Source of the DNA: Nitrospinota bacterium | GTDB lineage: Bacteria > Nitrospinota > Nitrospinia > Nitrospinales > VA-1 | Reading direction: 5' to 3' | NCBI GenBank assembly: GCA_009873635.1 | Contig: WAHY01000009.1 | Coordinates: forward strand, 44,181 to 108,180 | Length of the DNA: 64,000 nt | Shown: in pieces, positions 46,229 to 56,904 of the stretch | How the letters are laid out: each line of letters begins with the position of its first letter | How positions within the stretch are numbered: the stretch's first letter is position 1 | Notes under the pieces: generated by a model | What the model was told of the DNA's origin: nothing | Seen by the model: only the letters and a program-made list of their open reading frames with translations | Databases searched by the model: none | Program-made: the position numbers and the translations under genes

Positions 46229-47248
46229 ATGAATTACGATCTTGTAGGAATAGGCAACGCCCTGGTTGATATTGAAGTTCAGGTTGATGATGCCTTTGTG
46301 GAAGAATTGTCGGTGACCAAAGGCGGCATGACCCTTTCCTCTGAAGCCGAGCAGGAAAAAATTTTAAATATCCTGAAGTCCAAACCCCGCAAGCTTTCAT
46401 CAGGCGGTTCGGCAGCCAATACGATTCATGGCGCAAGTGTTCTGGGGGCAAAATCCTATTACCTGGGCCGTGTGGCCAATGATGAAAACGGGAAGCATTA
46501 CACCGAAGATATGAGGTCCTGCGAGGTTGGGTTTTGCGGACCTGGTTCCGATGATACAGGCACGGGTACCTGTGTGATTCTCATAACCCCCGATGCTGAA
46601 CGCACGATGCTTACGAACCTGGGAGTTTCTTCGATGCTTCATCCTGATAATGTGGACGATACCATTATACAGGATGCCAAGGCAGTTTATGTAGAAGGTT
46701 ATTTGTGGACGGGTGATGAAACCCGCAAGGCTGGATTACATATGGCGAAGGCTGCTAAAAAAGTGGGCGTTCCCGTTGCATTCACTTTGAGTGATGCATT
46801 TGTGGTCAACACATTTAAAGAAAGCCTTGTAGACTTTATCCAATGGGATGTCGATATTCTTTTTTGCAACGAAGTGGAAGCACAGGCTATGACTGGCGAA
46901 ACTGATTCCCGCAAGGCTTTTGATAAGCTGTTAGCCTGGGTGGATATTTTGTTTTTGACTTTGGGTTCCAATGGATCACTTGCCGGGAAAAGTGGTAACG
47001 AGCCTGTTCAGGTTAACACTTTTCCTGTTAATGCGGTCGATACAACGGGTGCCGGCGACCTTTTTGCCGCTGGTGCTCTTTATGGACTGATCAACGAGAA
47101 GACGTTAAGTGAATCGGCAATTTTAGGTTCCTATTGTGCGGCTCAGGTGGTTTCCCACATTGGAGGACGGCTGCCGACACATTCCCACAAGCGTATTGAA
47201 AATATCCTGGCCGAATATCACGAGCACCATCCGTATAAACATTCCTGA
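46229..47248 (+). CDS. PfkB-family carbohydrate/adenosine kinase
   Basis: VGIGNALVD, GGSAANT, ERTM, VDTTGAGDLFAAG. Confidence 0.93.
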   Translation: MNYDLVGIGNALVDIEVQVDDAFVEELSVTKGGMTLSSEAEQEKILNILKSKPRKLSSGGSAANTIHGASVLGAKSYYLGRVANDENGKHYTEDMRSCEVGFCGPGSDDTGTGTCVILITPDAERTMLTNLGVSSMLHPDNVDDTIIQDAKAVYVEGYLWTGDETRKAGLHMAKAAKKVGVPVAFTLSDAFVVNTFKESLVDFIQWDVDILFCNEVEAQAMTGETDSRKAFDKLLAWVDILFLTLGSNGSLAGKSGNEPVQVNTFPVNAVDTTGAGDLFAAGALYGLINEKTLSESAILGSYCAAQVVSHIGGRLPTHSHKRIENILAEYHEHHPYKHS

Positions 47249-47353
47249 TGACAGGCGTTGGTTAGAATTTGTTCCCAAGGTTATACTTTCTCTTAAAGGT
47301 TTGTTACACTCATAATATTAGTTAAAGTTTAAACCCGAATGGAGGAGGAACCC

Positions 47354-47653
47354 ATGAAACGGCTTCGCGCTTTCCTCCTGGCCCTTTGCATGCTTGTGGT
47401 TGGCTGCGGTACGGTCGGGAAAGATTTTGACAGCTCAAAGGTCAAAAAAATTCAAAATAATGTTACCACCCAACTCGAAATTCTTGAATGGTTTGGTGTG
47501 CCCTATAAAGAAGGGACAGAAAACAAGCACACCATGTGGACCTATCAACTGGATACATGGCAGGCAATTGGTGAAGGCCAATCCAAGGGACTGGTGATTT
47601 TGTTTGACAAGAACAATGTTGTCAAGGCCCATCGTTACGAATCAAACTTCTAG
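47354..47653 (+). CDS. SmpA/OmlA (BamE-like) lipoprotein
   Basis: GGAGG RBS, lipobox LVVGC, TTQLEILEWFGVP, MWTY. Confidence 0.75.
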   Translation: MKRLRAFLLALCMLVVGCGTVGKDFDSSKVKKIQNNVTTQLEILEWFGVPYKEGTENKHTMWTYQLDTWQAIGEGQSKGLVILFDKNNVVKAHRYESNF

Positions 47654-47747
47654 CGAACTATCTCAGCAGGAAAATCACAATGTTTTTATTTTGCTTGCAA
47701 ACACTTTCTCGGCTCAGTGGACTATTGTCCCGCCTCCTCCTCGGATA

Positions 47748-48395
47748 GTGGGAAAAAAAGTTTCATTGATTGTTTATGACTTTGACGGCACTCTGGTCGA
47801 TACCCTTTTTGACATTGCCGACGCTGTAAACCTTTCATTGGAAGAAATGGGCCTGAGAACCCTTTCCCGTGAAACGATCCGACAATATGTTGGTAAAGGT
47901 GTTGAAAGGTTGATGAGCCAGTCGATAAATGGAACAGGTTTTGACGATTTGTCCAGCGCCGTTGAACTTTTCCGCAAGCACTACTCAAACAACTTGATGA
48001 ACCACACCCGGTTTTACCCCTCTGGGCGCGAGATCCTGGATCACTTCAGCGATAAAAAGCAGGCTGTCTGCTCGAATAAACCCGAAGAGTTTGTCAGGCG
48101 TATATTGGAATCCCTTGAGAGCCTGGATTTTTTCGATGCCATTATTGGTGGCGATAGTTTTAATTCCAAAAAACCTGACCCGGAAGGTTTGAATCATTTG
48201 CTGGAATGTTTTCAGTGTTCCCCGGAGCAGGCAGTACTTGTGGGCGACAGCACTGTGGATATTGAAACGGGTAAACGTGCCAAAGTAATCACTTGTGTGA
48301 TCAGCCACGGATTTGGCGACTCAAATGAAATTGCCCTGGCAAAGCCAGACTTCTCTATCGACCATTTATCGCAACTCAAGGAAATATTTCATTAG
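47748..48395 (+). CDS. HAD-family hydrolase (phosphoglycolate phosphatase-like)
   Basis: YDFDGTLVD, CSNK, KKPDP, VGDS..D. Start moved to GTG 47748. Confidence 0.9.
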   Translation: MGKKVSLIVYDFDGTLVDTLFDIADAVNLSLEEMGLRTLSRETIRQYVGKGVERLMSQSINGTGFDDLSSAVELFRKHYSNNLMNHTRFYPSGREILDHFSDKKQAVCSNKPEEFVRRILESLESLDFFDAIIGGDSFNSKKPDPEGLNHLLECFQCSPEQAVLVGDSTVDIETGKRAKVITCVISHGFGDSNEIALAKPDFSIDHLSQLKEIFH

Positions 48396-48493
48396 AACAT
48401 TGATTAAAGAAATTTTCTTAAACGAATTACACTGCCTTGAGATGGTCAACCGGTTGACTTTACTCTGGGTTGTTTCTACAATGCCTCCTTTCT

Positions 48494-49888
48494 ATGAAAG
48501 ACATTAAAAGCATTTATCTTATAGCAATTTGCGGCACCGGAATGGCAGCGTTGGCAGGGTTGCTAAAAAGTGCAGGTTATCGAGTATCTGGATCGGACGC
48601 AAATATCTATCCGCCTATGAGTACACTTCTGGAAAATGCGGGTATCCCTGTTCTGCCGGGTTACAGAAAGGAAAATATAACTGAAAATATTGATCTGGTT
48701 ATTGTCGGCAATGCGGTCTCCAAATCCAACGAAGAAGTTCAGGCTGTTATGAAGGCCGGGTTAAATTACACTTCTTTTCCTGCGGCGATTGCTCGTTTTT
48801 TTCTGGAAGGCAGGCAATCTCTGGTAGTCGCTGGAACGCATGGAAAAACCACCACCACTTCGATTTTAAGTTGGGTGCTTCAGTCATCAGGGAGAAAACC
48901 CGGCTTCATGGTGGGTGGTTGGTTGAAAAATTTTGATAACAACCATCAGGTTCCTGAAGGAAATTTCTTTGTTACAGAAGGCGATGAATATGATAGCGCT
49001 TTCTTTGATAAAGGTCCCAAGTTTCTGCATTATCGTCCTGATGCTTCCATTTTGACAGGTATTGAGTTTGACCATGCTGACATATTTGATGATCTTGACC
49101 AGATAAAAGAGGCTTTTCGCAAGTATGTGAACCTGATTCGCCCAGATGGGATTATACTGGTTAAACATAATGATAAAAACATTCAGGATGTATTAAAAAA
49201 TGCGGTGTGCAGGATTGAGACTTATGGCTACAGTGATGGGGCTGACTGGTTGATAGAAGGTTACCGGTTCGAAGATGGGCGCTGTGACTTCACCCTGTCC
49301 TTTAAGGGTGGAACAAAAGCAAGTTTTCAATTAGCAATGATTGGCCGACATAATGTGGAAAATGCGGCGGCTGTAGCGGCTCTTTGTTTGCGACTGGGCC
49401 TGACTGAAGAAGAAATAAACGTTGCTTTTAAAACTTTTCAAGGTATCAAAAGAAGGCAAGAGGTGGTTGGAGTTAATAATGGCATAACAGTGCTTGATGA
49501 TTTTGCTCATCATCCAACTGCCATTCGCTTGACCATAGAAGCTGTAAAAGAGGCATATTCTGGCCAAAGACTGTGGGCAGTATTTGAACCTCGGTCAGCC
49601 ACCTCAAGGCGCAAGGTGTTTGAACAGGAATTTCCCGATAGCTTCCTCGGTGCCGACAAAGTGATTATTGCAGGATTGTTTGCGCCTGAAAAAATCAGTG
49701 AGGAAGAAAGATTGGATCCTGGGAAGGTTGTGAGTTGTTTGCAAAAAAAGGGATGCGATGCCTATTTTATTAAGGAAGTGGACGACATTGTAGGATTTAT
49801 GTCAGATAATGCTGTAAGTGGTGATGTGGTTCTGGTCATGTCATCGGGCGGATTCGGTGGCATTCATCAGAAAATTCTGGATCAATAA
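48494..49888 (+). CDS. mpl: murein peptide ligase Mpl
   Basis: IAICGTGMAALA, AGTHGKTTT, EGDEYDSAFFDK, EFDHADIF, DDFAHHPT, FEPRS, MSSGGFGG. Confidence 0.92.
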   Translation: MKDIKSIYLIAICGTGMAALAGLLKSAGYRVSGSDANIYPPMSTLLENAGIPVLPGYRKENITENIDLVIVGNAVSKSNEEVQAVMKAGLNYTSFPAAIARFFLEGRQSLVVAGTHGKTTTTSILSWVLQSSGRKPGFMVGGWLKNFDNNHQVPEGNFFVTEGDEYDSAFFDKGPKFLHYRPDASILTGIEFDHADIFDDLDQIKEAFRKYVNLIRPDGIILVKHNDKNIQDVLKNAVCRIETYGYSDGADWLIEGYRFEDGRCDFTLSFKGGTKASFQLAMIGRHNVENAAAVAALCLRLGLTEEEINVAFKTFQGIKRRQEVVGVNNGITVLDDFAHHPTAIRLTIEAVKEAYSGQRLWAVFEPRSATSRRKVFEQEFPDSFLGADKVIIAGLFAPEKISEEERLDPGKVVSCLQKKGCDAYFIKEVDDIVGFMSDNAVSGDVVLVMSSGGFGGIHQKILDQ

Positions 49889-51021
49889 TGGTTATGGATA
49901 AGGTTTATCACGGACAAATTAAGCTCGGTCTGATACAGAGAGGAGTTTTGATTCCAAACATAATTCAGGGGCTTTCTGAAGTTGCTGGCGGGCTGTGTTC
50001 CGGAAAGCCGGGAGAAGAAATCACTTTAGCTTTGGCTGAAGATTTCATTGTCAAAACAAACTTGATTGCACAAGACCAGGACGGCCCAAAACTGGTCTGC
50101 CATGGAGATCAATTACGCATTCATATGAAGGAAGGGGAGATTGATGTTGGTGTCATCAAGGTTCCTGAGTTTTTAAAGCAGCAGTTAAAGCAGCGTACCC
50201 CGGTATCTGAAAATATTTGTCTTGATGGTTATTGTCTGAACATATTTCTCCGTGCTATTGGGCAAGGCAAAAAGCTGAGTATGCCGATCGAAGTTATTTT
50301 GTCTGTCATTCAGTCTGCCTTCGAAGAAGGTGCCGCGGATCTGGTGCAGTTAAATATGGATTTTTGTGAGGAGGCGGACCGAGGGTTTGCCCGGTTGGCA
50401 CCCCTGGTCGAGGCGATTAAAAAAAGGTTTAATACTTTTGTTGCCTTGAAAGGCTTTCCCCCTTCAAACCAGGGAACCATTGACCTCATGTACGCCTCGG
50501 GTTTCGATATTATTAATTTTCCACTGGGTGGTTTTTCCGGGACGATCAAGTCCAAAAAAAAGATGACAGCCAAGCAGGTTCATTCAGCTCTGGAATATGC
50601 TGCAGGGATTTTCCCTCCCGGTACGGTGTGGACCGATCTGGTTTTGGGTTTGGAACCTCTACCCAGATGTAAGGAAGGTGTTGACCGGCTAGTGGATTCA
50701 GGAATCATTCCTTTAATTTATTTGCAACGTGAAAGCAGCGAAACCTCTGACGGATACCGTGATTTAGTAGAGCTTGCAGAGTATATGAACATGGCGATTC
50801 AACGAAACCGTCTCCCTTTAAAATGGCTTTATCCGACTTGTCGTTTTTTAAGCCCGCTTGATACGCGCTTTTTTACTGAAGACCCTCTCCAGGCCCGTCT
50901 TGCGGTGACTCCCGTATACAAGTCTGGGCTTGGGAGAAAAACATCAGCGGGCTTTGCGGCGCTGCGTCGCAAATTACGTATACGCAATGTCAGCGATTCC
51001 TTTGAGTCGTCAGGTTTGTAA
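49888..51021 (+). CDS. radical-SAM-like TIM-barrel protein lacking the CxxxCxxC motif
   Basis: C-half resembles the radical SAM barrel (LMYASGFD, ALEYAAGIF, TDLVLGLE, GIIP); no Cys triad; start overlaps the mpl stop. Confidence 0.6.
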   Translation: MVMDKVYHGQIKLGLIQRGVLIPNIIQGLSEVAGGLCSGKPGEEITLALAEDFIVKTNLIAQDQDGPKLVCHGDQLRIHMKEGEIDVGVIKVPEFLKQQLKQRTPVSENICLDGYCLNIFLRAIGQGKKLSMPIEVILSVIQSAFEEGAADLVQLNMDFCEEADRGFARLAPLVEAIKKRFNTFVALKGFPPSNQGTIDLMYASGFDIINFPLGGFSGTIKSKKKMTAKQVHSALEYAAGIFPPGTVWTDLVLGLEPLPRCKEGVDRLVDSGIIPLIYLQRESSETSDGYRDLVELAEYMNMAIQRNRLPLKWLYPTCRFLSPLDTRFFTEDPLQARLAVTPVYKSGLGRKTSAGFAALRRKLRIRNVSDSFESSGL

Positions 51022-51131
51022 CTTTTCAAGGTAAGATTCACCCTTTAATCTATACTAAAAGTTACCAGGGGGAGCGAGTCGCTCATAGCGAGAGAAAATT
51101 CGCATCTTTTTTTACAATAGGGCCGTAACAT

Positions 51132-52028
51132 ATGGTTGCTCAGGTAAAAAAAACCAACAACAGGGCAGTTCCCGAAGTGCCTTTGAAGAAACTTGAAACA
51201 TTATGGTTGCAGGTTGGGGGCACCCTCTGCAACCTGGAGTGTGCCCATTGTTTTATCAGTTGTGGTCCAAAGAACGATACCATTGCAATGATGACTTTGT
51301 CCCAGGTTAAGGAAAGACTGGAGGAGTCTGAGTCTTTGGGTGTGAAGGACTATTACATTACCGGGGGCGAAGTTTTTATCAACCCGGAGATTTTTGAAAT
51401 TCTTGCTGAGATACTACGCTATGGCCCGCTTGATGTCCTGACAAATGGAACCCAGTTTACCGCTGAGAAAGCACAAAGGTTGAGAGATATTCAGGATGCG
51501 TCTGAACATTTACTGCGTTTTCGAGTGAGCATGGAAAGTTTTGACGAAGTTGCTAACGATGCGATACGTGGTAAAAATTCTTTCAGGCAGGCCTTGAAAG
51601 GAATCCAACACCTGACCCGAGCCGGGTTTTCGCCGATACTCACTATCACACGCTCCTGGGAAGAGGAACAAGATGGGGAGATGGAATCAAAGTTTTTAGA
51701 TTTTCTTAGGGACAACAAGGTACCGCAACCACAAATCAAGATTTTGCCTGGTTTTAAGCTGGGGAAACTTGCTGAAAATCATCGTGCTTATAATTCCGAA
51801 GAGCGGGTAACAGAAGCCTGCTTTGAGAATTTTGACATTACACAACTCCAATGTTCAACTTCACGGATGGCGACGGGAGAAGGTGTGTATGTCTGTCCTA
51901 TCCTTGTTGATAACCCAAAGGCCCGCATGGGTAGCAATATAGAGGAAACTCTTCGTCCCTTTCCACTTGCGCACCCTGCCTGTTATACCTGCCGTGTTAC
52001 GGGGATGACCTGTAAGTCTTCAGCTTGA
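51132..52028 (+). CDS. radical SAM protein with Cys-rich C-terminus
   Basis: CNLECAHC, TGGE, LTNG; C-terminal CSTSRM...VCPIL...AHPACYTC. Confidence 0.9.
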   Translation: MVAQVKKTNNRAVPEVPLKKLETLWLQVGGTLCNLECAHCFISCGPKNDTIAMMTLSQVKERLEESESLGVKDYYITGGEVFINPEIFEILAEILRYGPLDVLTNGTQFTAEKAQRLRDIQDASEHLLRFRVSMESFDEVANDAIRGKNSFRQALKGIQHLTRAGFSPILTITRSWEEEQDGEMESKFLDFLRDNKVPQPQIKILPGFKLGKLAENHRAYNSEERVTEACFENFDITQLQCSTSRMATGEGVYVCPILVDNPKARMGSNIEETLRPFPLAHPACYTCRVTGMTCKSSA

Positions 52029-52164
52029 GAGGGATTTTATATTGAGCCCATTCCCAAAGGTTGGTAGCATGACCCTGATCTTTGGTTTTCAAGGATAAGT
52101 ACTCTTTCAATAATCTTTTTAAGAGGGTTCTGATAATGAATAATTATCGCCCTCAAAACTTGTC

Positions 52165-52719
52165 ATGGCTTTAATGCATTCAACAATGGTTCCGCTGGGA
52201 ACCCCGGCTCCGAATTTCAAGCTTCCGGGAGTGGATTCGAAAATGTACTCTCTGGACAGTTTTTCGGATAAAAATATCCTGGTGATCATTTTCATGTGCA
52301 ACCATTGCCCTTATGTAAAAGCGGTATTGCAACGGTTGATTGATTTACAGGCAGAGACAGGCCCAAATGGTGTTCAGTTGGTGGGTATCAACTCCAATGA
52401 TGCGGAACGCTACCCTGATGATTCCATGGAAAATATGAAGAAGGTGGCAAATGATAAAGGAATAAACTTCCCTTATCTGTTTGATGCCTCCCAGGAGACC
52501 GCCCGTAACTATGATGCTGTGTGTACTCCCGATATTTATGTTTATGGTCCAGAGAGGAAACTTTTGTATCGAGGTAGAATCGATGACAACTGGGAGCATG
52601 AAGAAAAGGTGACCCAGAGAAACTTAAAAGAAGCTCTGGATTGTCTTGTCGCTGGCAATGAAATTCCTGACGAACAGATTCCCTCCATGGGTTGTTCCAT
52701 TAAATGGAAACAGAACTAG
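52165..52719 (+). CDS. thioredoxin-fold AhpC/TSA-like redoxin
   Basis: FMCNHCPYV, GINSND, YLFD.SQ, AVCTPD, YRGRIDD, SMGCSIKWK. Confidence 0.92.
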   Translation: MALMHSTMVPLGTPAPNFKLPGVDSKMYSLDSFSDKNILVIIFMCNHCPYVKAVLQRLIDLQAETGPNGVQLVGINSNDAERYPDDSMENMKKVANDKGINFPYLFDASQETARNYDAVCTPDIYVYGPERKLLYRGRIDDNWEHEEKVTQRNLKEALDCLVAGNEIPDEQIPSMGCSIKWKQN

Positions 52720-52728
52720 GCTAAAACG

Positions 52729-55476
52729 ATGGAGACACTTAAAAAGTGGTTGTTTATTCTGGCTGCGGTTGTTTTTGTTGGCTCGCTGTTTGCTGATAAA
52801 ATCCTTTCTTTTTATATAGACTGGTTGTGGTTTGAAAGCCATGGGTTTACTTCGGTTTTATTGACAGTATTGGTTTCGCAAATAGGGTTCGGGTTATTGA
52901 CGGGTGTGTTATTCTTCCTGTTCACTTTCGGATTTCTCAATCAGGTCTACAAGAAAACCTCTCACCTTCCTATTCTTCTGTCAGATCAGGTTCGCAGGGA
53001 AGTTCCTTTGCTGGATTTTATGGCGGGAAACTTGAAACTCCTGATTTTCGCAGGTCCTCTGGTTTTGTCGGTCATGACCGGACTGGTTATGGCCCAGCAA
53101 TGGGAAACTCTCCTTCAATATTTAAACGCTTCCCCGTATGGCGAGGTGGACCCTATCTTCGGTAAAGATATTTCCTTTTACTTCTTTACCCTTCCCCTAT
53201 GGTTGCTGGTGAAATCATTATTGTGGGAAACAATGATCGTGCTCGCACTGGGTGTTGGGCTGATCTATTTTTTTAAGCGTTTTATTTATGTGGGCCCAAC
53301 CGGGGTCGTCCTTCTCCCTGATGCAAGACGTACTTTGTCAGGCATTGCCGGATTATTCTTTCTTTTATTTGCCAGTGAGTTCTATTTACAGCGTTATGAG
53401 CTGCTGACCGCGGGAGGGGATTTGATAGCGGGTATTGGTTTCTCCGAAGACAAGGGGGCAATCCCTGTCCTTTATATATTAACGGTCACTTCTCTGGTGG
53501 GTGCTTTTTTTTCATTTTCCGGGTTTGTCCGGCCGGGTATGAAAAAGGTTGTAATGTCTGCTGTTGGCCTGGGGGTGGTATTTTTTGTCGCCAATTTATA
53601 CCCGAAAATATTGCAGAAATTTATTGTGCTTCCCAATGAATTGGTAAAAGAAACCCCATACATTGAACACACCATCGCAGGCGCGTTAACGGCCTATGGG
53701 CTTAGCCAGACAGAGACGCATGAGCTTTCAGGCTCTGCTACATTGACCGCAGATAGCATTCGGCAAAATGCTATCACGATAGAAAATGTCCGGCTGTGGG
53801 ATCAGGAACCTCTGCTTGATACACTGGGCCAGATACAGGAAATTAGAACTTATTACCAGTTCCAGTCAGTGGACAATGACCGCTACCAGATTAACGGGGA
53901 TTACCGCCAGACCTTGCTTTCACCAAGAGAACTGCTTTCTTCCAACTTACCCAACCGTACATGGATCAACGAGCATTTAACATTCACACATGGTTACGGA
54001 GTTGCTTTAAGCCCGGTAAACCAGATTACCCCTGAAGGGCTGCCGGTTCTGTTTGTTAAAGACATTCCCCCGCAATCCAATATAGATATGGAGGTAAAAA
54101 GACCGGAAATATATTTTGGTGAGTTGGCAAACGATCATGTGTTTGTCAACACGGGAACCAAGGAGTTCGATTATCCGGAGGGTGAGAAAAATGTATATAA
54201 AAATTATGAAGGTGAAGGTGGTTTTGAAGTTGGGTCTTTTTTCCGCAAACTTGTGCTGGCCGCACGATTCAAAGCCCTTAAAATAATTTTTTCTGAAGAT
54301 ATAAACGATGAAAGCCGGGTTTTGATGTACCGGAATATTACGGACCGGGTGCAGAAAGTGGCGCCATTTCTAAGGCTGGATAATGACCCCTATCTGGTGA
54401 TTTCTGAGGGACGCCTGATTTGGCTTTATGATGCTTACACAGTAAGTGACCGGTTTCCATACTCTCCACAAATACCCCGGTTCGGAAACTATGTGCGTAA
54501 TTCTGTGAAAATTTCTATCGATGCCTATGACGGTTCGATGAATTTTTATGTCGCGGATGAAGCGGACCCGATCATACGAACCTTCCGTAATATTTTCCCG
54601 GAACTGTTCCAGGACCTGAGCAAGATGCCGGAAGACCTGCGCAGTCATACCCGTTATCCCTCTGACCTGTTCATGATTCAGACGCATATTTATGCGACCT
54701 ACCATATGAAGCGTCCACAGGTTTTCTATAACAAAGAAGATCAGTGGGAGATTCCGGAAATTGACGGAAGCATTATGAGGCCGTATTACACGATCATGAA
54801 ATTGCCTGGCAAGGATCGTGAGGAATATATCCTCATGCTGCCGTATACTCCTAGAGGAAAGAGTAATCTTTCTGCATGGATGGTAGCGCGTAGCGATGGG
54901 GAACACTATGGAAAACTGGATGTGTATACGTTTCCCAAGCAAAAGCTGGTGTTTGGTCCCAGTCAAATGGTGGCCAGGATAAATCAGGATGCAGAGATTT
55001 CGCGGCAGATTTCATTGTGGGATCAGCGAGGGTCAAGTGTTATACAAGGGACCCTCCTGGTTATTCCCATTGAAGAGTCTTTGGTGTATGTTCGACCTTT
55101 GTATTTGAAAGCTGATGCCGGGAAGATTCCCGAACTTAAACGCGTCATCGTGGGTTATGAAGACATTATCGCCATGGAGCGAACTTTAGATGAAGCGTTG
55201 GAGAAAATATTCACAGGCTTTACCCGGGAACCTCAAGAAGATATAGGCCAACATATAGCCGATTCCAGTTCTCAATCAAAGCCGGCTAAGGATCAAAAGC
55301 TCGTCCTGAGCAAACGCGACTACGACAACATTCGCAATACGTATAGACGTATATTGCAATCACAGGAAAAACTGGACCAGTCCTTGGCGCAATATCGCAA
55401 AGACCTCGAGGGATTCGGCGAGCTTTTGGAGGATACCCAGGTACTACCGCATGTAAAAGATGTTCCGTCTGAATAA
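52729..55476 (+). CDS. UPF0182 family membrane protein
   Basis: DWLWF, DPIFGKDISFYFF.LP, PNEL.KE.PYI, VRLWD, HL.FTHGYG, YVRNSVK, GTLLVIP. Confidence 0.93.
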   Translation: METLKKWLFILAAVVFVGSLFADKILSFYIDWLWFESHGFTSVLLTVLVSQIGFGLLTGVLFFLFTFGFLNQVYKKTSHLPILLSDQVRREVPLLDFMAGNLKLLIFAGPLVLSVMTGLVMAQQWETLLQYLNASPYGEVDPIFGKDISFYFFTLPLWLLVKSLLWETMIVLALGVGLIYFFKRFIYVGPTGVVLLPDARRTLSGIAGLFFLLFASEFYLQRYELLTAGGDLIAGIGFSEDKGAIPVLYILTVTSLVGAFFSFSGFVRPGMKKVVMSAVGLGVVFFVANLYPKILQKFIVLPNELVKETPYIEHTIAGALTAYGLSQTETHELSGSATLTADSIRQNAITIENVRLWDQEPLLDTLGQIQEIRTYYQFQSVDNDRYQINGDYRQTLLSPRELLSSNLPNRTWINEHLTFTHGYGVALSPVNQITPEGLPVLFVKDIPPQSNIDMEVKRPEIYFGELANDHVFVNTGTKEFDYPEGEKNVYKNYEGEGGFEVGSFFRKLVLAARFKALKIIFSEDINDESRVLMYRNITDRVQKVAPFLRLDNDPYLVISEGRLIWLYDAYTVSDRFPYSPQIPRFGNYVRNSVKISIDAYDGSMNFYVADEADPIIRTFRNIFPELFQDLSKMPEDLRSHTRYPSDLFMIQTHIYATYHMKRPQVFYNKEDQWEIPEIDGSIMRPYYTIMKLPGKDREEYILMLPYTPRGKSNLSAWMVARSDGEHYGKLDVYTFPKQKLVFGPSQMVARINQDAEISRQISLWDQRGSSVIQGTLLVIPIEESLVYVRPLYLKADAGKIPELKRVIVGYEDIIAMERTLDEALEKIFTGFTREPQEDIGQHIADSSSQSKPAKDQKLVLSKRDYDNIRNTYRRILQSQEKLDQSLAQYRKDLEGFGELLEDTQVLPHVKDVPSE

Positions 55477-55491
55477 TCTATTCTGATCTAA

Positions 55492-56904
55492 TTAAGAATT
55501 ATCATTGGAGAAAAGGCCCAACTGACTCGTCTCGAATTTTTTGTCGATGATGGGAACGGGATAATTCCCATCGAAACAGGCTGAACAGAACTTCTTCTTG
55601 CCATTTTCCAAAACTTCCATCATTTTTTCCAGGCTGAGATAGGCCAGGGAATCCGCTGCAAGGTATTGGCAGGTTTCTTCCAGGTTGTGTTTGTGGGCAA
55701 TCAGTTCTTCTTTGGTTGGTGTGTCGATGCCGTAAAAGCAGGAGTGAAGAATGGGGGGTGCCGAAATACGCAGGTGAACCTCCTTGGCTCCTGAATCCCT
55801 CAGCATTTTTACTATCTTACGACTTGTTGTTCCACGAACTATTGAGTCATCGATGATGGCAATGCGTTTGCCGGAGATCATTGTTTTGACTGGATTCAGT
55901 TTCAGCTTCACACCAAAGTGCCGAATTTGCGACTGTGGTTCAATAAAAGTTCGTCCAACATAATGGTTTCTAATGAGACCCATTTCAAAGGGAATATCAC
56001 TTTCTTCAGCAAACCCCATCGCCGAGACAACTCCCGAGTCGGGAACGGGTATAACGATATCAACATCAGCCGGACTTTCCTGGGCCATGGCCCGGCCCAT
56101 GTTTTTTCTGACACTGTATACATGCTCGCCGAAAATATAGCTGTCTGGTCGCGCAAAATAAATATGTTCAAACACGCAATGTTTTGGATCGGCTTTCTTA
56201 AAAGGAAAAAACGACTTTATCCCCTGATCATTGATCAAAAGTACCTCACCCGGTTCAACATCGCGGATGTATTCGGCTTCAATAAGATCCATGACACAGG
56301 TTTCTGAGGCTACGATGTATGCACCATCAAGTTTCCCCAGACAAAGTGGACGGAATCCTTGTGGATCACGGGCAGCTACCAACTCGGTTTCTGTCATCAG
56401 GACCAGGGAATAGGCGCCGCTGACCTGGCCCAGGGCATCCGCGGCCCGGTCTACAAACGAATCAGCTTTTGATTGAGCCATTAAGTGTACGATGACTTCG
56501 CTGTCGTTGGTGGACTGAAAGATTGCCCCTTTTTTACCCAGCTCTTCACGGATGGTTTGTGAGTTCACAAGGTTACCGTTATGGGCTAAAGCTAATGACC
56601 CTCCGGAATAGTTGATCATGCAGGGTTGGGCGTTTACCAGTTCGCTATTCCCCGCAGTTGAATAACGGTTATGACCGATGGCTAAAGGCCCGGGTAAGTT
56701 CAGAATTCTGCTGGGATTAAAAATATCTGCAACCAGTCCCATTCCTAGTTCAATATGCATTTTGGAAAGATTGCTGGCAACGATCCCCGCGCTTTCCTGT
56801 CCCCTGTGCTGCAGTGCATAGAGTCCCAGGTACACCAGATTGGCGGCCTCGGGATGACCATATACTCCTACAACCCCGCATTCCTCATGTAGTTTGTCCA
56901 GCAT
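55492..56904 (-). CDS. purF: amidophosphoribosyltransferase
   Basis: EECGVVG (N-terminal Cys after propeptide), [36 protein letters not shown], Fe-S Cys. Confidence 0.97.
   Translation of the reverse strand: MLDKLHEECGVVGVYGHPEAANLVYLGLYALQHRGQESAGIVASNLSKMHIELGMGLVADIFNPSRILNLPGPLAIGHNRYSTAGNSELVNAQPCMINYSGGSLALAHNGNLVNSQTIREELGKKGAIFQSTNDSEVIVHLMAQSKADSFVDRAADALGQVSGAYSLVLMTETELVAARDPQGFRPLCLGKLDGAYIVASETCVMDLIEAEYIRDVEPGEVLLINDQGIKSFFPFKKADPKHCVFEHIYFARPDSYIFGEHVYSVRKNMGRAMAQESPADVDIVIPVPDSGVVSAMGFAEESDIPFEMGLIRNHYVGRTFIEPQSQIRHFGVKLKLNPVKTMISGKRIAIIDDSIVRGTTSRKIVKMLRDSGAKEVHLRISAPPILHSCFYGIDTPTKEELIAHKHNLEETCQYLAADSLAYLSLEKMMEVLENGKKKFCSACFDGNYPVPIIDKKFETSQLGLFSNDNS

Noticed and set aside
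51061-51085. ZTP riboswitch (ACCAGGGGGAGC resembles its core)
   Set aside because: The upstream GACUGGCG/GUGG elements and the 3' pseudoknot hairpin are absent, and the downstream gene is not purH/pfl-like.
52026-52060. Selenocysteine read-through at the radical SAM TGA stop
   Set aside because: The protein is complete at the stop, and no SECIS-like hairpin or meaningful extension is evident.
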